A model generated the notes under the pieces. The model searched no databases and was not told the DNA's origin. It worked only from the letters and a program-made list of their open reading frames with translations. A stretch of DNA of 64,000 nt from Eledone cirrhosa (taxonomy: Eukaryota), in contig OZ024742.1 in assembly GCA_964016885.1 (NCBI GenBank), positions 18,476,001 to 18,540,000 on the forward strand. Direction: 5' to 3'. Made by a program: the position numbers and the translations under genes. Below, piece by piece: positions 1-14,800 of the stretch (position 1 is its first letter; the number at the start of each line of letters is the position of its first letter).

Positions 1-2034
1 TCTCTTGACAGTAGAGACGAAGGGTTACGACTTACTACGTCTCTTGACAATAGAGACGAAGGGTTGCGACCTACTACGTCTCTTGACAATAGAGACGAAA
101 GGTTGCGACTTACTACGTCTCTTGACAATGGAGACGAATGGTTGCGACTTACTACGTCTCTTGTAATGGAGACGAAGGGTTGCGACTTACTACGTCTCTT
201 GACAATGGAGACGAAGGGTTACGACCTACTACGTCTCTTGACAATAGAGACGAAGGATGCGACTTACTACGTCTCTTGACAATAGAGACGAAGGGTTGCG
301 ACTTACTACGTCTCTTGACAGTAGAGACGAAGGGTTACGACTTACTACGTCTCTTGACAATAGAGACGAAGGGTTGCGACCTACTACGTCTCTTGACAAT
401 AGAGACGAAGGGTTGCGACTTACTACATCTCTTGACAATGGAGACGAAGGGTTGCGACTTACTACGTCTCTTGTAATGGAGACGAAGGGTTGCGACTTAC
501 TACGTCTCTTGACAATGGAGACGAGGGGTTACGACTTACTACGTCTTTTGACAGTAGAGACGAAGGGTTGCGACTTACTACGTCTCCTGACAATAGAGAC
601 GAAGGGTTGCGACTTACTACGTCTCTTGACAGTAGAGACGAAGGGTTACGACTTACTACGTTTCTTGACAGTATAGCCGAAGGGTTGCGACTTACTACGT
701 CTCTTGACAGTAGAGACGAAGTGTTGCGACTTACTACGTCTCTTGACAATAGAGACGAAGGGTTACGACTTACTACGTCTCTTGGCAATAGAGACGAAGG
801 GTTACGACTTACTACGTCTCTTGACAATAGAGACGAAAGTTTACGACTTACTACGTCTCTTGACAGTAGAGCCGAAGGGTTGCGACTTACTACGTCTCTT
901 GACAATAGAGACGAAGGGTTGCGACCTACTACGTCTCTTGACAATAGAGACGAAGGGTTGCGACTTACTACGTCTCTTGACAATAGAGACGAAGATTTGC
1001 GACTTACTACGTCTCTTGACAATAGAGACGAAGGGTTGCGACTTACTACGTCTCTTGACAATAGAGACGAAGGGTTGCGACTTACTACGTCTCTTGACAG
1101 TAGAGATGAAGGGTTACGACTTACTACGTCTTTTTGACAGTAGAGACGAAGGGTTGCGACTTACTACGTCTCTTGACAGTAGAGACGAAGGGTTGCGACT
1201 TACTACGTCTCTTGACAGTAGAGACGAAGGGTTACGACTTACTACGTCTCTCGACAATAGAGACGAAGGGTTGCGACCTACTACGTCTCTTGACAATAGA
1301 GACGAAGGGTTGCGACTTACTACGTCTCTTGACAATAGAGACGAAGGGTTGCGACTTACTACGTCTCTTGACAATGGAGACGAAGGGTTACGACTTACTA
1401 CGTCTCTTGACAATAGAGACGAAGGGTTGCGACTTACTACGTCTCTTGTAATGGAGACGAAGGGTTGCGACTTACTACGTCTCTTGACAATGGAGACGAA
1501 GGGTTACGACTTACTACGTCTCTTGACAATAGAGACGAAGGGTTGCGACTTACTACGTCTCTTGACAATGGAGACGAAGGGTTACGACTTACTACGTCTC
1601 TTGACAATAGAGACGAAGGGTTACGACTTACTACGTCTCTTGACAATAGAGACGAAGGGTTACGACTTACTACGTCTCTTGACAATGGAGACGAAGGGTT
1701 GCGACCTACTACGTCTCTTGACAATAGAGACGAAGGGTTGCGACTTACTACGTCTCTTGACAATGGAGACGAAGGGTTGCGACTTACTACGTCTCTTGAC
1801 AATAGAGACGAAGGGTTGCGACTTACTACGTCTCTTGTCAATGGAGACGAAGGGTTGCGACTTACTACGTCTCTTGACAATAGAGACGAAGGGTTGCGAC
1901 TTACTACGTCTCTTGACAATAGAGACGAAGGGTTGCGACTTACTACGTCTCTTGACAATAGAGACGAAGGGTTACGACTTACTACGTCTCTTGTCAATGG
2001 AGACGAAGGGTTGCGACTTACTACGTCTCTTGAC

Positions 2035-5000
2035 AATATAGACGAAGGGTTGCGACTTACTACGTCTCTTGACAATAGAGACGAAGGGTTGCGACTTACT
2101 ACGTCTCTTGTCAATGGAGACGAAGGGTTGCGACTTACTACGTCTCTTGACAATAGAGACAAAGGGTTGCGACTTACTACGTCTCTTGACAATAGAGACG
2201 AAGGGTTACGACTTACTACGTCTCTTTACAATAGAGACGAAGGGTTGCGACTTACTACGTCTCTTGTCAATGGAGACGAAGGGTTGCGACTTACTACGTC
2301 TCTTGACAGTAGAGACGAAGGGTTACGACTTACTACGTCTCTTGACAATAGAGACGAAGGGTTGCGACTTACTACGTCTCTTGACAGTAGAGACGATGGG
2401 TTACGACTTACTACGTCTCTTGGCAGTAGAGACGAAGGGTTGCGACTTACTACGTCTCTTGACAATAGAGACGAAGGGTTACGACTTACTACGTCTCTTG
2501 ACAGTAGAGACGAAGGGTTGCGACTTACTACGTCTCTTGACAGTAGAGACGAAGGGTTCCGGCTTACTACGTCTCTTGACAATAGAGACGAAGGGTTGCG
2601 ACTTACTACGTCTCTTGACAGTAGAGACGAAGGGTTACGACTTACTACGTCTCTTGACAATAGAGACGAAGGGTTGCGACCTACTACGTCTCTTTACAAT
2701 AGAGACGAAGGGTTGCGACTTACTACGTCTCTTGTCAATGGAGACGAAGGGTTGCGACTTACTACGTCTCTTGACAGTAGAGACGAAGGGTTACGACTTA
2801 CTACGTCTCTTGACAGTAGAGACGAAGGGTTACGACTTACTACGTCTCTTGACAGTAGAGACGAACGGCTGCGACTTACTACGTCTCCTGACAATAGAGA
2901 CGAAGGGTTGCGACTTACTACGTCTCTTGACAGTAGAGACGATGGGTTACGACTTACTACGTCTCTTGACAGTAGAGACGAAGGGTTGCGACTTACTACG
3001 TCTCTTGACAATAGAGACGAAGGGTTACGACTTACTACGTCTCTTGACAGTAGAGACGAAGGGTTGCGACTTACTACGTCTCTTGACAGTAGAGACGAAG
3101 GGTTCCGGCTTACTACGTCTCTTGACAGTAGAGACGAAGGGTTGCGACTTACTACGTCTCTTGACAGTAGAGACGAAGGGTTACGACTTACTACGTCTCT
3201 TGACAATAGAGACGAAGGGTTGCGACCTACTACGTCTCTTGACAATAGAGACGAAGGGTTGCGACTTACTACGTCTCTTGACAATGGAGACGAAGGGTTG
3301 CGACTTACTACGTCTCTTGTAATGGAGACGAAGGGTTGCGACTTACTACGTCTCTTGACAATGGAGACGAAGTGTTACGGCTTACTACGTCTTTTGACAG
3401 TAGAGACGAAGGGTTGCGACTTACTACGTCTCTTGACAATAGAGACGAAGGTTGCGACTTACTACGTCTCTTGACAGTAGAGACGAACGGTTGCGACTTA
3501 CTACGTCTCTTGACAATAGAGACGAAGGGTTACGACTTACTACGTCTCTTGACAGTAGAGCCGAAGGGTTGCGACTTACTACGTCTCTTGACAGTAGAGA
3601 CGAAGTGTTGCGACTTACTACGTCTCTTGACAATAGAGACGAAGGGTTACGACTTACTACGTCTCTTGACAATAGAGACGAAGGGTTACGACTTACTACG
3701 TCTCTTGACAATAGAGACGAAGGTTTACGACTTACTACGTCTCTTGACACTAGAGCCGAAGGGTTGCCACTTACTACGTCTCTTGACAATAGAGACGAAG
3801 GGTTGCGACTTACTACGTCTCTTGACAGTAGAGACGAAGGGTTACGACTTACTACGTCTCTTGACAATAGAGACGAAGGGTTGCGACCTACTACGTCTCT
3901 TGACAATAGAGACGAAAGGTTGCGACTTACTACGTCTCTTGACAAAGGAGACGAATGGTTGCGACTTACTACGTCTCTTGTAATGGAGACGAAGGGTTGC
4001 GACTTACTACGTCTCTTGACAATGGAGACGAAGGGTTACTACCTACTACGTCTCTTGACAATAGAGACGAAGGATGCGACTTACTACGTCTCTTGACAAT
4101 AGAGACGAAGGGTTGCGACTTACTACGTCTCTTGACAGTAGAGACGAAGGGTTGCGACTTACTACGTCTCTTGACAGTAGAGACGAAGGGTTACGACTTA
4201 CTACGTCTCTTGACAATAGAGACGAAGGGTTGCGACCTACTACGTCTCTTGACAATAGAGACGAAGGGTTGCGACTTACTACATCTCTTGACAATGGAGA
4301 CGAAGGGTTGCGACTTACTACATCTCTTGTAATGGAGACGAAGGGTTGCGACTTACTCCATCTCTTGACAATGGAGACGAAGGGTTACGACTTACTACGT
4401 CTTTTGACAATAGAGACGAAGGGTTGCGACTTACTACGTCTCCTGACAATAGAGACGAAGGGTTGCGACTTACTACGTCTCTTGACAGTAGAGACGAAGG
4501 GTTACGACTTACTACGTTTCTTGACAGTATAGCCGAAGGGTTGCGACTTACTACGTCTCTTGACAATAGAGACGAAGGGTTACGACTTACTACGTCTCTT
4601 GACAATGGAGACGAAGGGTTGCGACCTACTACGTCTCTTGACAATAGAGACGAAGGGTTGCGACTTACTACGTCTCTTGACAATGGAGACGAAGGGTTGC
4701 GACTTACTACGTCTCTTGTAATATAGACGAAGGGTTGCGACTTACTACGTCTCTTGACAATAGAGACGAAGGGTTGCGACTTACTACGTCTCTTGTCAAT
4801 GGAGACGAAGGGTTGCGACTTACTACGTCTCTTGACAATAGAGACAAAGGGTTGCGACTTACTACGTCTCTTGACAATAGAGACGAAGGGTTACGACTTA
4901 CTACGTCTCTTTACAATAGAGACGAAGGGTTGCGACTTACTACGTCTCTTGTCAATGGAGACGAAGGGTTGCGACTTACTACGTCTCTTGACAGTAGAGA

Positions 5001-8000
5001 CGAAGGGTTACGACTTACTACGTCTCTTGACAATAGAGACGAAGGGTTGCGACTTACTACGTCTCTTGACAGTAGAGACGATGGGTTACGACTTACTACG
5101 TCTCTTGGCAGTAGAGACGAAGGGTTGCGACTTACTACGTCTCTTGACAATAGAGACGAAGGGTTACGACTTACTACGTCTCTTGACAGTAGAGACGAAG
5201 GGTTGCGACTTACTACGTCTCTTGACAGTAGAGACGAAGGGTTCCGGCTTACTACGTCTCTTGACAATAGAGACGAAGGGTTGCGACTTACTACGTCTCT
5301 TGACAGTAGAGACGAAGGGTTACGACTTACTACGTCTCTTGACAATAGAGACGAAGGGTTGCGACCTACTACGTCTCTTTACAATAGAGACGAAGGGTTG
5401 CGACTTACTACGTCTCTTGTCAATGGAGACGAAGGGTTGCGACTTACTACGTCTCTTGACAGTAGAGACGAAGGGTTACGACTTACTACGTCTCTTGACA
5501 GTAGAGACGAAGGGTTACGACTTACTACGTCTCTTGACAGTAGAGACGAACGGCTGCGACTTACTACGTCTCCTGACAATAGAGACGAAGGGTTGCGACT
5601 TACTACGTCTCTTGACAGTAGAGACGATGGGTTACGACTTACTACGTCTCTTGACAGTAGAGACGAAGGGTTGCGACTTACTACGTCTCTTGACAATAGA
5701 GACGAAGGGTTACGACTTACTACGTCTCTTGACAGTAGAGACGAAGGGTTGCGACTTACTACGTCTCTTGACAGTAGAGACGAAGGGTTCCGGCTTACTA
5801 CGTCTCTTGACAGTAGAGACGAAGGGTTGCGACTTACTACGTCTCTTGACAGTAGAGACGAAGGGTTACGACTTACTACGTCTCTTGACAATAGAGACGA
5901 AGGGTTGCGACCTACTACGTCTCTTGACAATAGAGACGAAGGGTTGCGACTTACTACGTCTCTTGACAATGGAGACGAAGGGTTGCGACTTACTACGTCT
6001 CTTGTAATGGAGACGAAGGGTTGCGACTTACTACGTCTCTTGACAATGGAGACGAAGTGTTACGGCTTACTACGTCTTTTGACAGTAGAGACGAAGGGTT
6101 GCGACTTACTACGTCTCTTGACAATAGAGACGAAGGTTGCGACTTACTACGTCTCTTGACAGTAGAGACGAACGGTTGCGACTTACTACGTCTCTTGACA
6201 ATAGAGACGAAGGGTTACGACTTACTACGTCTCTTGACAGTAGAGCCGAAGGGTTGCGACTTACTACGTCTCTTGACAGTAGAGACGAAGTGTTGCGACT
6301 TACTACGTCTCTTGACAATAGAGACGAAGGGTTACGACTTACTACGTCTCTTGACAATAGAGACGAAGGGTTACGACTTACTACGTCTCTTGACAATAGA
6401 GACGAAGGTTTACGACTTACTACGTCTCTTGACACTAGAGCCGAAGGGTTGCCACTTACTACGTCTCTTGACAATAGAGACGAAGGGTTGCGACTTACTA
6501 CGTCTCTTGACAGTAGAGACGAAGGGTTACGACTTACTACGTCTCTTGACAATAGAGACGAAGGGTTGCGACCTACTACGTCTCTTGACAATAGAGACGA
6601 AAGGTTGCGACTTACTACGTCTCTTGACAAAGGAGACGAATGGTTGCGACTTACTACGTCTCTTGTAATGGAGACGAAGGGTTGCGACTTACTACGTCTC
6701 TTGACAATGGAGACGAAGGGTTACTACCTACTACGTCTCTTGACAATAGAGACGAAGGATGCGACTTACTACGTCTCTTGACAATAGAGACGAAGGGTTG
6801 CGACTTACTACGTCTCTTGACAGTAGAGACGAAGGGTTGCGACTTACTACGTCTCTTGACAGTAGAGACGAAGGGTTACGACTTACTACGTCTCTTGACA
6901 ATAGAGACGAAGGGTTGCGACCTACTACGTCTCTTGACAATAGAGACGAAGGGTTGCGACTTACTACATCTCTTGACAATGGAGACGAAGGGTTGCGACT
7001 TACTACATCTCTTGTAATGGAGACGAAGGGTTGCGACTTACTCCATCTCTTGACAATGGAGACGAAGGGTTACGACTTACTACGTCTTTTGACAATAGAG
7101 ACGAAGGGTTGCGACTTACTACGTCTCCTGACAATAGAGACGAAGGGTTGCGACTTACTACGTCTCTTGACAGTAGAGACGAAGGGTTACGACTTACTAC
7201 GTTTCTTGACAGTATAGCCGAAGGGTTGCGACTTACTACGTCTCTTGACAATAGAGACGAAGGGTTACGACTTACTACGTCTCTTGACAATGGAGACGAA
7301 GGGTTGCGACCTACTACGTCTCTTGACAATAGAGACGAAGGGTTGCGACTTACTACGTCTCTTGACAATGGAGACGAAGGGTTGCGACTTACTACGTCTC
7401 TTGTAATATAGACGAAGGGTTGCGACTTACTACGTCTCTTGACAATAGAGACGAAGGGTTGCGACTTACTACGTCTCTTGTCAATGGAGACGAAGGGTTG
7501 CGACTTACTACGTCTCTTGACAATAGAGACAAAGGGTTGCGACTTACTACGTCTCTTGACAATAGAGACGAAGGGTTACGACTTACTACGTCTCTTTACA
7601 ATAGAGACGAAGGGTTGCGACTTACTACGTCTCTTGTCAATGGAGACGAAGGGTTGCGACTTACTACGTCTCTTGACAGTAGAGACGAAGGGTTACGACT
7701 TACTACGTCTCTTGACAATAGAGACGAAGGGTTGCGACTTACTACGTCTCTTGACAGTAGAGACGATGGGTTACGACTTACTACGTCTCTTGGCAGTAGA
7801 GACGAAGGGTTGCGACTTACTACGTCTCTTGACAATAGAGACGAAGGGTTACGACTTACTACGTCTCTTGACAGTAGAGACGAAGGGTTGCGACTTACTA
7901 CGTCTCTTGACAGTAGAGACGAAGGGTTCCGGCTTACTACGTCTCTTGACAATAGAGACGAAGGGTTGCGACTTACTACGTCTCTTGACAGTAGAGACGA

Positions 8001-10088
8001 AGGGTTACGACTTACTACGTCTCTTGACAATAGAGACGAAGGGTTGCGACCTACTACGTCTCTTTACAATAGAGACGAAGGGTTGCGACTTACTACGTCT
8101 CTTGTCAATGGAGACGAAGGGTTGCGACTTACTACGTCTCTTGACAGTAGAGACGAAGGGTTACGACTTACTACGTCTCTTGACAGTAGAGACGAAGGGT
8201 TACGACTTACTACGTCTCTTGACAGTAGAGACGAACGGCTGCGACTTACTACGTCTCCTGACAATAGAGACGAAGGGTTGCGACTTACTACGTCTCTTGA
8301 CAGTAGAGACGATGGGTTACGACTTACTACGTCTCTTGACAGTAGAGACGAAGGGTTGCGACTTACTACGTCTCTTGACAATAGAGACGAAGGGTTACGA
8401 CTTACTACGTCTCTTGACAGTAGAGACGAAGGGTTGCGACTTACTACGTCTCTTGACAGTAGAGACGAAGGGTTCCGGCTTACTACGTCTCTTGACAGTA
8501 GAGACGAAGGGTTGCGACTTACTACGTCTCTTGACAGTAGAGACGAAGGGTTACGACTTACTACGTCTCTTGACAATAGAGACGAAGGGTTGCGACCTAC
8601 TACGTCTCTTGACAATAGAGACGAAGGGTTGCGACTAACTACGTCTCTTGACAATGGAGACGAAGGGTTGCGACTTACTACGTCTCTTGTAATGGAGACG
8701 AAGGGTTGCGACTTACTACGTCTCTTGACAATGGAGACGAAGTGTTACGGCTTACTACGTCTTTTGACAGTAGAGACGAAGGGTTGCGACTTACTACGTC
8801 TCTTGACAATAGAGACGAAGGTTGCGACTTACTACGTCTCTTGACAGTAGAGACGAACGGTTGCGACTTACTACGTCTCTTGACAATAGAGACGAAGGGT
8901 TACGACTTACTACGTCTCTTGACAGTAGAGCCGAAGGGTTGCGACTTACTACGTCTCTTGACAGTAGAGACGAAGTGTTGCGACTTACTACGTCTCTTGA
9001 CAATAGAGACGAAGGGTTACGACTTACTACGTCTCTTGACAATAGAGACGAAGGGTTACGACTTACTACGTCTCTTGACAATAGAGACGAAGGTTTACGA
9101 CTTACTACGTCTCTTGACACTAGAGCCGAAGGGTTGCCACTTACTACGTCTCTTGACAATAGAGACGAAGGGTTGCGACTTACTACGTCTCTTGACAGTA
9201 GAGACGAAGGGTTACGACTTACTACGTCTCTTGACAATAGAGACGAAGGGTTGCGACCTACTACGTCTCTTGACAATAGAGACGAAAGGTTGCGACTTAC
9301 TACGTCTCTTGACAAAGGAGACGAATGGTTGCGACTTACTACGTCTCTTGTAATGGAGACGAAGGGTTGCGACTTACTACGTCTCTTGACAATGGAGACG
9401 AAGGGTTACTACCTACTACGTCTCTTGACAATAGAGACGAAGGATGCGACTTACTACGTCTCTTGACAATAGAGACGAAGGGTTGCGACTTACTACGTCT
9501 CTTGACAGTAGAGACGAAGGGTTGCGACCTACTACGTCTCTTGACAGTAGAGACGAAGGGTTACGACTTACTACTTCTCTTGACAATAGAGACGAAGGGT
9601 TGCGACCTACTACGTCTCTTGACAATAGAGACGAAGGGTTGCGACTTACTACATCTCTTGACAATGGAGACGAAGGGTTGCGACTTACTACATCTCTTGT
9701 AATGGAGACGAAGGGTTGCGACTTACTCCATCTCTTGACAATGGAGACGAAGGGTTACGACTTACTACGTCTTTTGACAATAGAGACGAAGGGTTGCGAC
9801 TTACTACGTCTCCTGACAATAGAGACGAAGGGTTGCGATTACTACGTCTCTTGACAGTAGAGACGAAGGGTTACGACTTACTACGTTTCTTGACAGTATA
9901 GCCGAAGGGTTGCGACTTACTACGTCTCTTGACAATAGAGACGAAGGGTTACGACTTACTACGTCTCTTGACAATGGAGACGAAGGGTTGCGACCTACTA
10001 CGTCTCTTGACAATAGAGACGAAGGGTTGCGACTTACTACGTCTCTTGACAATGGAGACGAAGGGTTGCGACTTACTACGTCTCTTGT
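2035..10088 (+). repeat. Higher-order repeat: three tandem 2685-bp copies (69 monomers with 6 single-base deletions)
   Basis: Near-identical ORF translations recur at a 2685 offset (2069/4754/7439, 3336/6021/8706, 3955/6640/9325). 69x39-6=2685 matches the six visible 38-bp monomers per unit. Confidence 0.95.
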
Positions 10089-11871
10089 AATGGAGACGAA
10101 GGGTTGCGACTTACTACGTCTCTTGACAATGGAGACGAAGGGTTACGACTTACTACGTCTCTTGACAATAGAGACGAAGGGTTGCGACTTACTACGTCTC
10201 TTGACAATAGAGACGAAGGGTTACGACTTACTACGTCTCTTGACAATAGAGACGAAGGGTTACGACTTACTACGTCTCTTGACAATAGAGACGAAGGGTT
10301 GCGACTTACTACGTCTCTTGTCAATGGAGACGAAGGGTTGCGACTTACTACGTCTCTTGACAGTAGAGACGAAGGGTTACGACTTACTACGTCTCTTGAC
10401 AGTAGAGACGAAGGGTTACGACTTACTACGTCTCTTGACAGTAGAGACGAAGGGTTGCGACTTACTACGTCTCTTGAAAATAGAGACGAAGGGTTGCGAC
10501 TTACTACGTCTCTTGACAGTAGAGACGAAGGGTTACGACTTACTACGTCTCTTGACAGTAGAGACGAAGGGTTGCGACTTACTACGTCTCTTGACAATAG
10601 AGTCGAAGGGTTACGACTTACTACGTCTCTTGACAGTAGAGAAGAAGGGTTACGACTTACTACGTCTCTTGACAGTAGAGACGAAGGGTTGCGACTTACT
10701 ACGTCTCTTGACAGTAGAGACGAAGGGTTGCGACTTACTACGTCTCTTGACAATAGAGACGAAGGGTTGCGACTTACTACGTCTCTTGACAGTAGAGACG
10801 AAGGGTTACGACTTACTACGTCTCTTGACAGTAGAGACGAAGGGTTGCGACTTACTACGTCTCTTGACAGTAGAGACGAAGGGTTACGACTTACTACGTC
10901 TCTTGACAGTAGAGACGAAGGGTTGCAACTTACTACGTCTCTTGACAGTAGAGACGAAGGGTTGCGACTTACTACATCTCTTGACAGTAGAGACGAAGTG
11001 TTGCGACTTACTACGTCTTTTGACAGTAGAGACGAAGGGTTGCGACTTACTACGTCTCTTGTCAGTAGAGACGAAGGGTTGCGACTTACTACGTCTCTTG
11101 ACAGTAGAGACTAAGGGTTGCGACTTACTACGTCTTTTGACAGTAGAGACGAAGTGTTGCGACTTACTACGTCTCTTGACAATAGAGACGAAGGGTTGCG
11201 ACTTACTACGTCTCTTGACAGTAGAGACGAAGGGTTGCGACTTACTACGTCTCTTGACAGTAGAGACGAAGGGTTACGACTTATTACGTCTCTTGACAAT
11301 AGAGACGAAGAGTTGCGACCTACTACGTCTCTTGACAATAGAGACGAAGGGTTGCGACTTACTACGTCTCTTGACAATGGAGACGAAGGGTTGCGACTTA
11401 CTACGTCTCTTGTAATGGAGACGAAGGGTTGCGACTTACTACGTCTCTTGACAATGGAGACGAAGTGTTACGGCTTACTACGTCTTTTGACAGTAGAGAC
11501 GAAGGGTTGCGACTTACTACGTCTCTTGACAATAGAGACGAAGGTTGCGACTTACTACGTCTCTTGACAGTAGAGACGAACGGTTGCGACTTACTACGTC
11601 TCTTGACAATAGAGACGAAGGGTTACGACTTACTACGTCTCTTGACAGTAGAGCCGAAGGGTTGCGACTTACTACGTCTCTTGACAGTAGAGACGAAGTG
11701 TTGCGACTTACTACGTCTCTTGACAATAGAGACGAAGGGTTACGACTTACTACGTCTCTTGACAATAGAGACGAAGGTTTACGACTTACTACGTCTCTTG
11801 ACACTAGAGCCGAAGGGTTGCCACTTACTACGTCTCTTGACAATAGAGACGAAGGGTTGCGACTTACTACG

Positions 11872-14800
11872 TCTCTTGACAGTAGAGACGAAGGGTTACG
11901 ACTTACTACGTCTCTTGACAATAGAGACGAAGGGTTGCGACCTACTACGTCTCTTGACAATAGAGACGAAAGGTTGCGACTTACTACGTCTCTTGACAAT
12001 GGAGACGAATGGTTGCGACTTACTACGTCTCTTGTAATGGAGACGAAGGGTTGCGACTTACTACGTCTCTTGACAATGGAGACGAAGGGTTACGACCTAC
12101 TACGTCTCTTGACAATAGAGACGAAGGATGCGACTTACTACGTCTCTTGACAATAGAGACGAAGGGTTGCGACTTACTACGTCTCTTGACAGTAGAGACG
12201 AAGGGTTACGACTTACTACGTCTCTTGACAATAGAGACGAAGGGTTGCGACCTACTACGTCTCTTGACAATAGAGACGAAGGGTTGCGACTTACTACATC
12301 TCTTGACAATGGAGACGAAGGGTTGCGACTTACTACGTCTCTTGTAATGGAGACGAAGGGTTGCGACTTACTACGTCTCTTGACAATGGAGACGAGGGGT
12401 TACGACTTACTACGTCTTTTGACAGTAGAGACGAAGGGTTGCGACTTACTACGTCTCCTGACAATAGAGACGAAGGGTTGCGACTTACTACGTCTCTTGA
12501 CAGTAGAGACGAAGGGTTACGACTTACTACGTTTCTTGACAGTATAGCCGAAGGGTTGCGACTTACTACGTCTCTTGACAGTAGAGACGAAGTGTTGCGA
12601 CTTACTACGTCTCTTGACAATAGAGACGAAGGGTTACGACTTACTACGTCTCTTGGCAATAGAGACGAAGGGTTACGACTTACTACGTCTCTTGACAATA
12701 GAGACGAAAGTTTACGACTTACTACGTCTCTTGACAGTAGAGCCGAAGGGTTGCGACTTACTACGTCTCTTGACAATAGAGACGAAGGGTTGCGACCTAC
12801 TACGTCTCTTGACAATAGAGACGAAGGGTTGCGACTTACTACGTCTCTTGACAATAGAGACGAAGATTTGCGACTTACTACGTCTCTTGACAATAGAGAC
12901 GAAGGGTTGCGACTTACTACGTCTCTTGACAATAGAGACGAAGGGTTGCGACTTACTACGTCTCTTGACAGTAGAGATGAAGGGTTACGACTTACTACGT
13001 CTTTTTGACAGTAGAGACGAAGGGTTGCGACTTACTACGTCTCTTGACAGTAGAGACGAAGGGTTGCGACTTACTACGTCTCTTGACAGTAGAGACGAAG
13101 GGTTACGACTTACTACGTCTCTCGACAATAGAGACGAAGGGTTGCGACCTACTACGTCTCTTGACAATAGAGACGAAGGGTTGCGACTTACTACGTCTCT
13201 TGACAATAGAGACGAAGGGTTGCGACTTACTACGTCTCTTGACAATGGAGACGAAGGGTTACGACTTACTACGTCTCTTGACAATAGAGACGAAGGGTTG
13301 CGACTTACTACGTCTCTTGTAATGGAGACGAAGGGTTGCGACTTACTACGTCTCTTGACAATGGAGACGAAGGGTTACGACTTACTACGTCTCTTGACAA
13401 TAGAGACGAAGGGTTGCGACTTACTACGTCTCTTGACAATGGAGACGAAGGGTTACGACTTACTACGTCTCTTGACAATAGAGACGAAGGGTTACGACTT
13501 ACTACGTCTCTTGACAATAGAGACGAAGGGTTACGACTTACTACGTCTCTTGACAATGGAGACGAAGGGTTGCGACCTACTACGTCTCTTGAGAATAGAG
13601 ACGAAGGGTTGCGACTTACTACGTCTCTTGACAATGGAGACGAAGGGTTGCGACTTACTACGTCTCTTGACAATAGAGACGAAGGGTTGCGACTTACTAC
13701 GTCTCTTGTCAATGGAGACGAAGGGTTGCGACTTACTACGTCTCTTGACAATAGAGACGAAGGGTTGCGACTTACTACGTCTCTTGACAATAGAGACGAA
13801 GGGTTGCGACTTACTACGTCTCTTGACAATAGAGACGAAGGGTTACGACTTACTACGTCTCTTGTCAATGGAGACGAAGGGTTGCGACTTACTACGTCTC
13901 TTGACAATATAGACGAAGGGTTGCGACTTACTACGTCTCTTGACAATAGAGACGAAGGGTTGCGACTTACTACGTCTCTTGTCAATGGAGACGAAGGGTT
14001 GCGACTTACTACGTCTCTTGACAATAGAGACAAAGGGTTGCGACTTACTACGTCTCTTGACAATAGAGACGAAGGGTTACGACTTACTACGTCTCTTTAC
14101 AATAGAGACGAAGGGTTGCGACTTACTACGTCTCTTGTCAATGGAGACGAAGGGTTGCGACTTACTACGTCTCTTGACAGTAGAGACGAAGGGTTACGAC
14201 TTACTACGTCTCTTGACAATAGAGACGAAGGGTTGCGACTTACTACGTCTCTTGACAGTAGAGACGATGGGTTACGACTTACTACGTCTCTTGGCAGTAG
14301 AGACGAAGGGTTGCGACTTACTACGTCTCTTGACAATAGAGACGAAGGGTTACGACTTACTACGTCTCTTGACAGTAGAGACGAAGGGTTGCGACTTACT
14401 ACGTCTCTTGACAGTAGAGACGAAGGGTTCCGGCTTACTACGTCTCTTGACAATAGAGACGAAGGGTTGCGACTTACTACGTCTCTTGACAGTAGAGACG
14501 AAGGGTTACGACTTACTACGTCTCTTGACAATAGAGACGAAGGGTTGCGACCTACTACGTCTCTTTACAATAGAGACGAAGGGTTGCGACTTACTACGTC
14601 TCTTGTCAATGGAGACGAAGGGTTGCGACTTACTACGTCTCTTGACAGTAGAGACGAAGGGTTACGACTTACTACGTCTCTTGACAGTAGAGACGAAGGG
14701 TTACGACTTACTACGTCTCTTGACAGTAGAGACGAACGGCTGCGACTTACTACGTCTCTTGACAATAGAGACGAAGGGTTGCGACTTACTACGTCTCTTG

